From: a cyanobacterium endosymbiont of Braarudosphaera bigelowii
GTDB lineage: Bacteria > Cyanobacteriota > Cyanobacteriia > Cyanobacteriales > Microcystaceae
DNA length: 32,000 nucleotides
NCBI RefSeq assembly: GCF_020885515.1
Contig: NZ_AP024987.1
Span: forward strand, 810,001 to 842,000
Direction: 5' to 3'
The notes below the pieces were generated by a model. That model searched no databases. It was not told the DNA's origin and saw only the letters and a program-made list of their open reading frames with translations. Numbering within the stretch: the stretch's first letter is position 1; each line of letters opens with the position of its first letter. Positions 31,839 through 32,000 of this stretch are shown here, in pieces. The position numbers were made by a program, and so were the translations under genes.

Positions 31839-31916
31839 CTAGTCCATACTAAAACCTATAGAACAAAAACTACTCAAGATTTATTATCACGAGAAACTGG
31901 TTTTAGTATGGACTAG
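31839..31916. repeat. 78-bp element bounded by a perfect 18-bp inverted repeat with a 42-bp spacer
   Basis: CTAGTCCATACTAAAACC (31839-31856) and GGTTTTAGTATGGACTAG (31899-31916) are exact reverse complements. The arms are noticeably more GC-rich than the surrounding spacer. Confidence 0.6.
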
Positions 31917-32000
31917 TTATAAAGGCAACATTTATGTTCCCTCTGAGTATTACTTAATGGTAGAAATTACCTATTATCAAATCTAAAGCTAGAAATAAAT

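Overview
This is a strongly AT-rich chromosomal segment from a cyanobacterium. Gene content and composition suggest a genome-reduced member of the unicellular Cyanothece/Crocosphaera-type lineage (UCYN-A-like or spheroid-body-like), but that lineage call is inference only. I support 24 protein genes, nearly all housekeeping or transport. They are thiL (5' partial), a small conserved hypothetical, queG, a GT21-like glycosyltransferase, infC, hom, a long ClC-CBS-Usp anion-channel homologue and ruvC. Next come a stand-alone groEL (groEL2 type) with an exact CIRCE operator and a K-box-like element, a Tab2-family gene and two overlapping GT2 polyprenyl-phosphate-type glycosyltransferases. The rest are a conserved membrane protein, rsmA, a class-V aminotransferase, lpxD, gatB, a complete pstS-pstC-pstA-pstB-pstB' phosphate-uptake operon, pgeF/yfiH and futB. 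By ORF coordinates about 24.8 kb (~77%) is coding. The remainder lies in unusually long (270-900 bp), extremely AT-rich spacers with no ORF of 60 aa or more. I found no tRNA/rRNA, CRISPR, transposase/integrase, defence, toxin-antitoxin or secondary-metabolite genes, and I see no convincing novel multi-gene system. Five items deserve a second look. (1) The ClC homologue has all three canonical anion-coordinating/gating residues substituted. (2) A GC-containing 18-bp inverted repeat (78-bp element) lies near the window end. (3) Orphan perfect palindromes sit inside the 906-bp divergent spacer between rsmA and the aminotransferase gene. (4) The GroEL tail is an unusually long, nucleotide-perfect 9-bp (GGM) tandem repeat. 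(5) The pst operon has large internal spacers and no recognisable Pho box.
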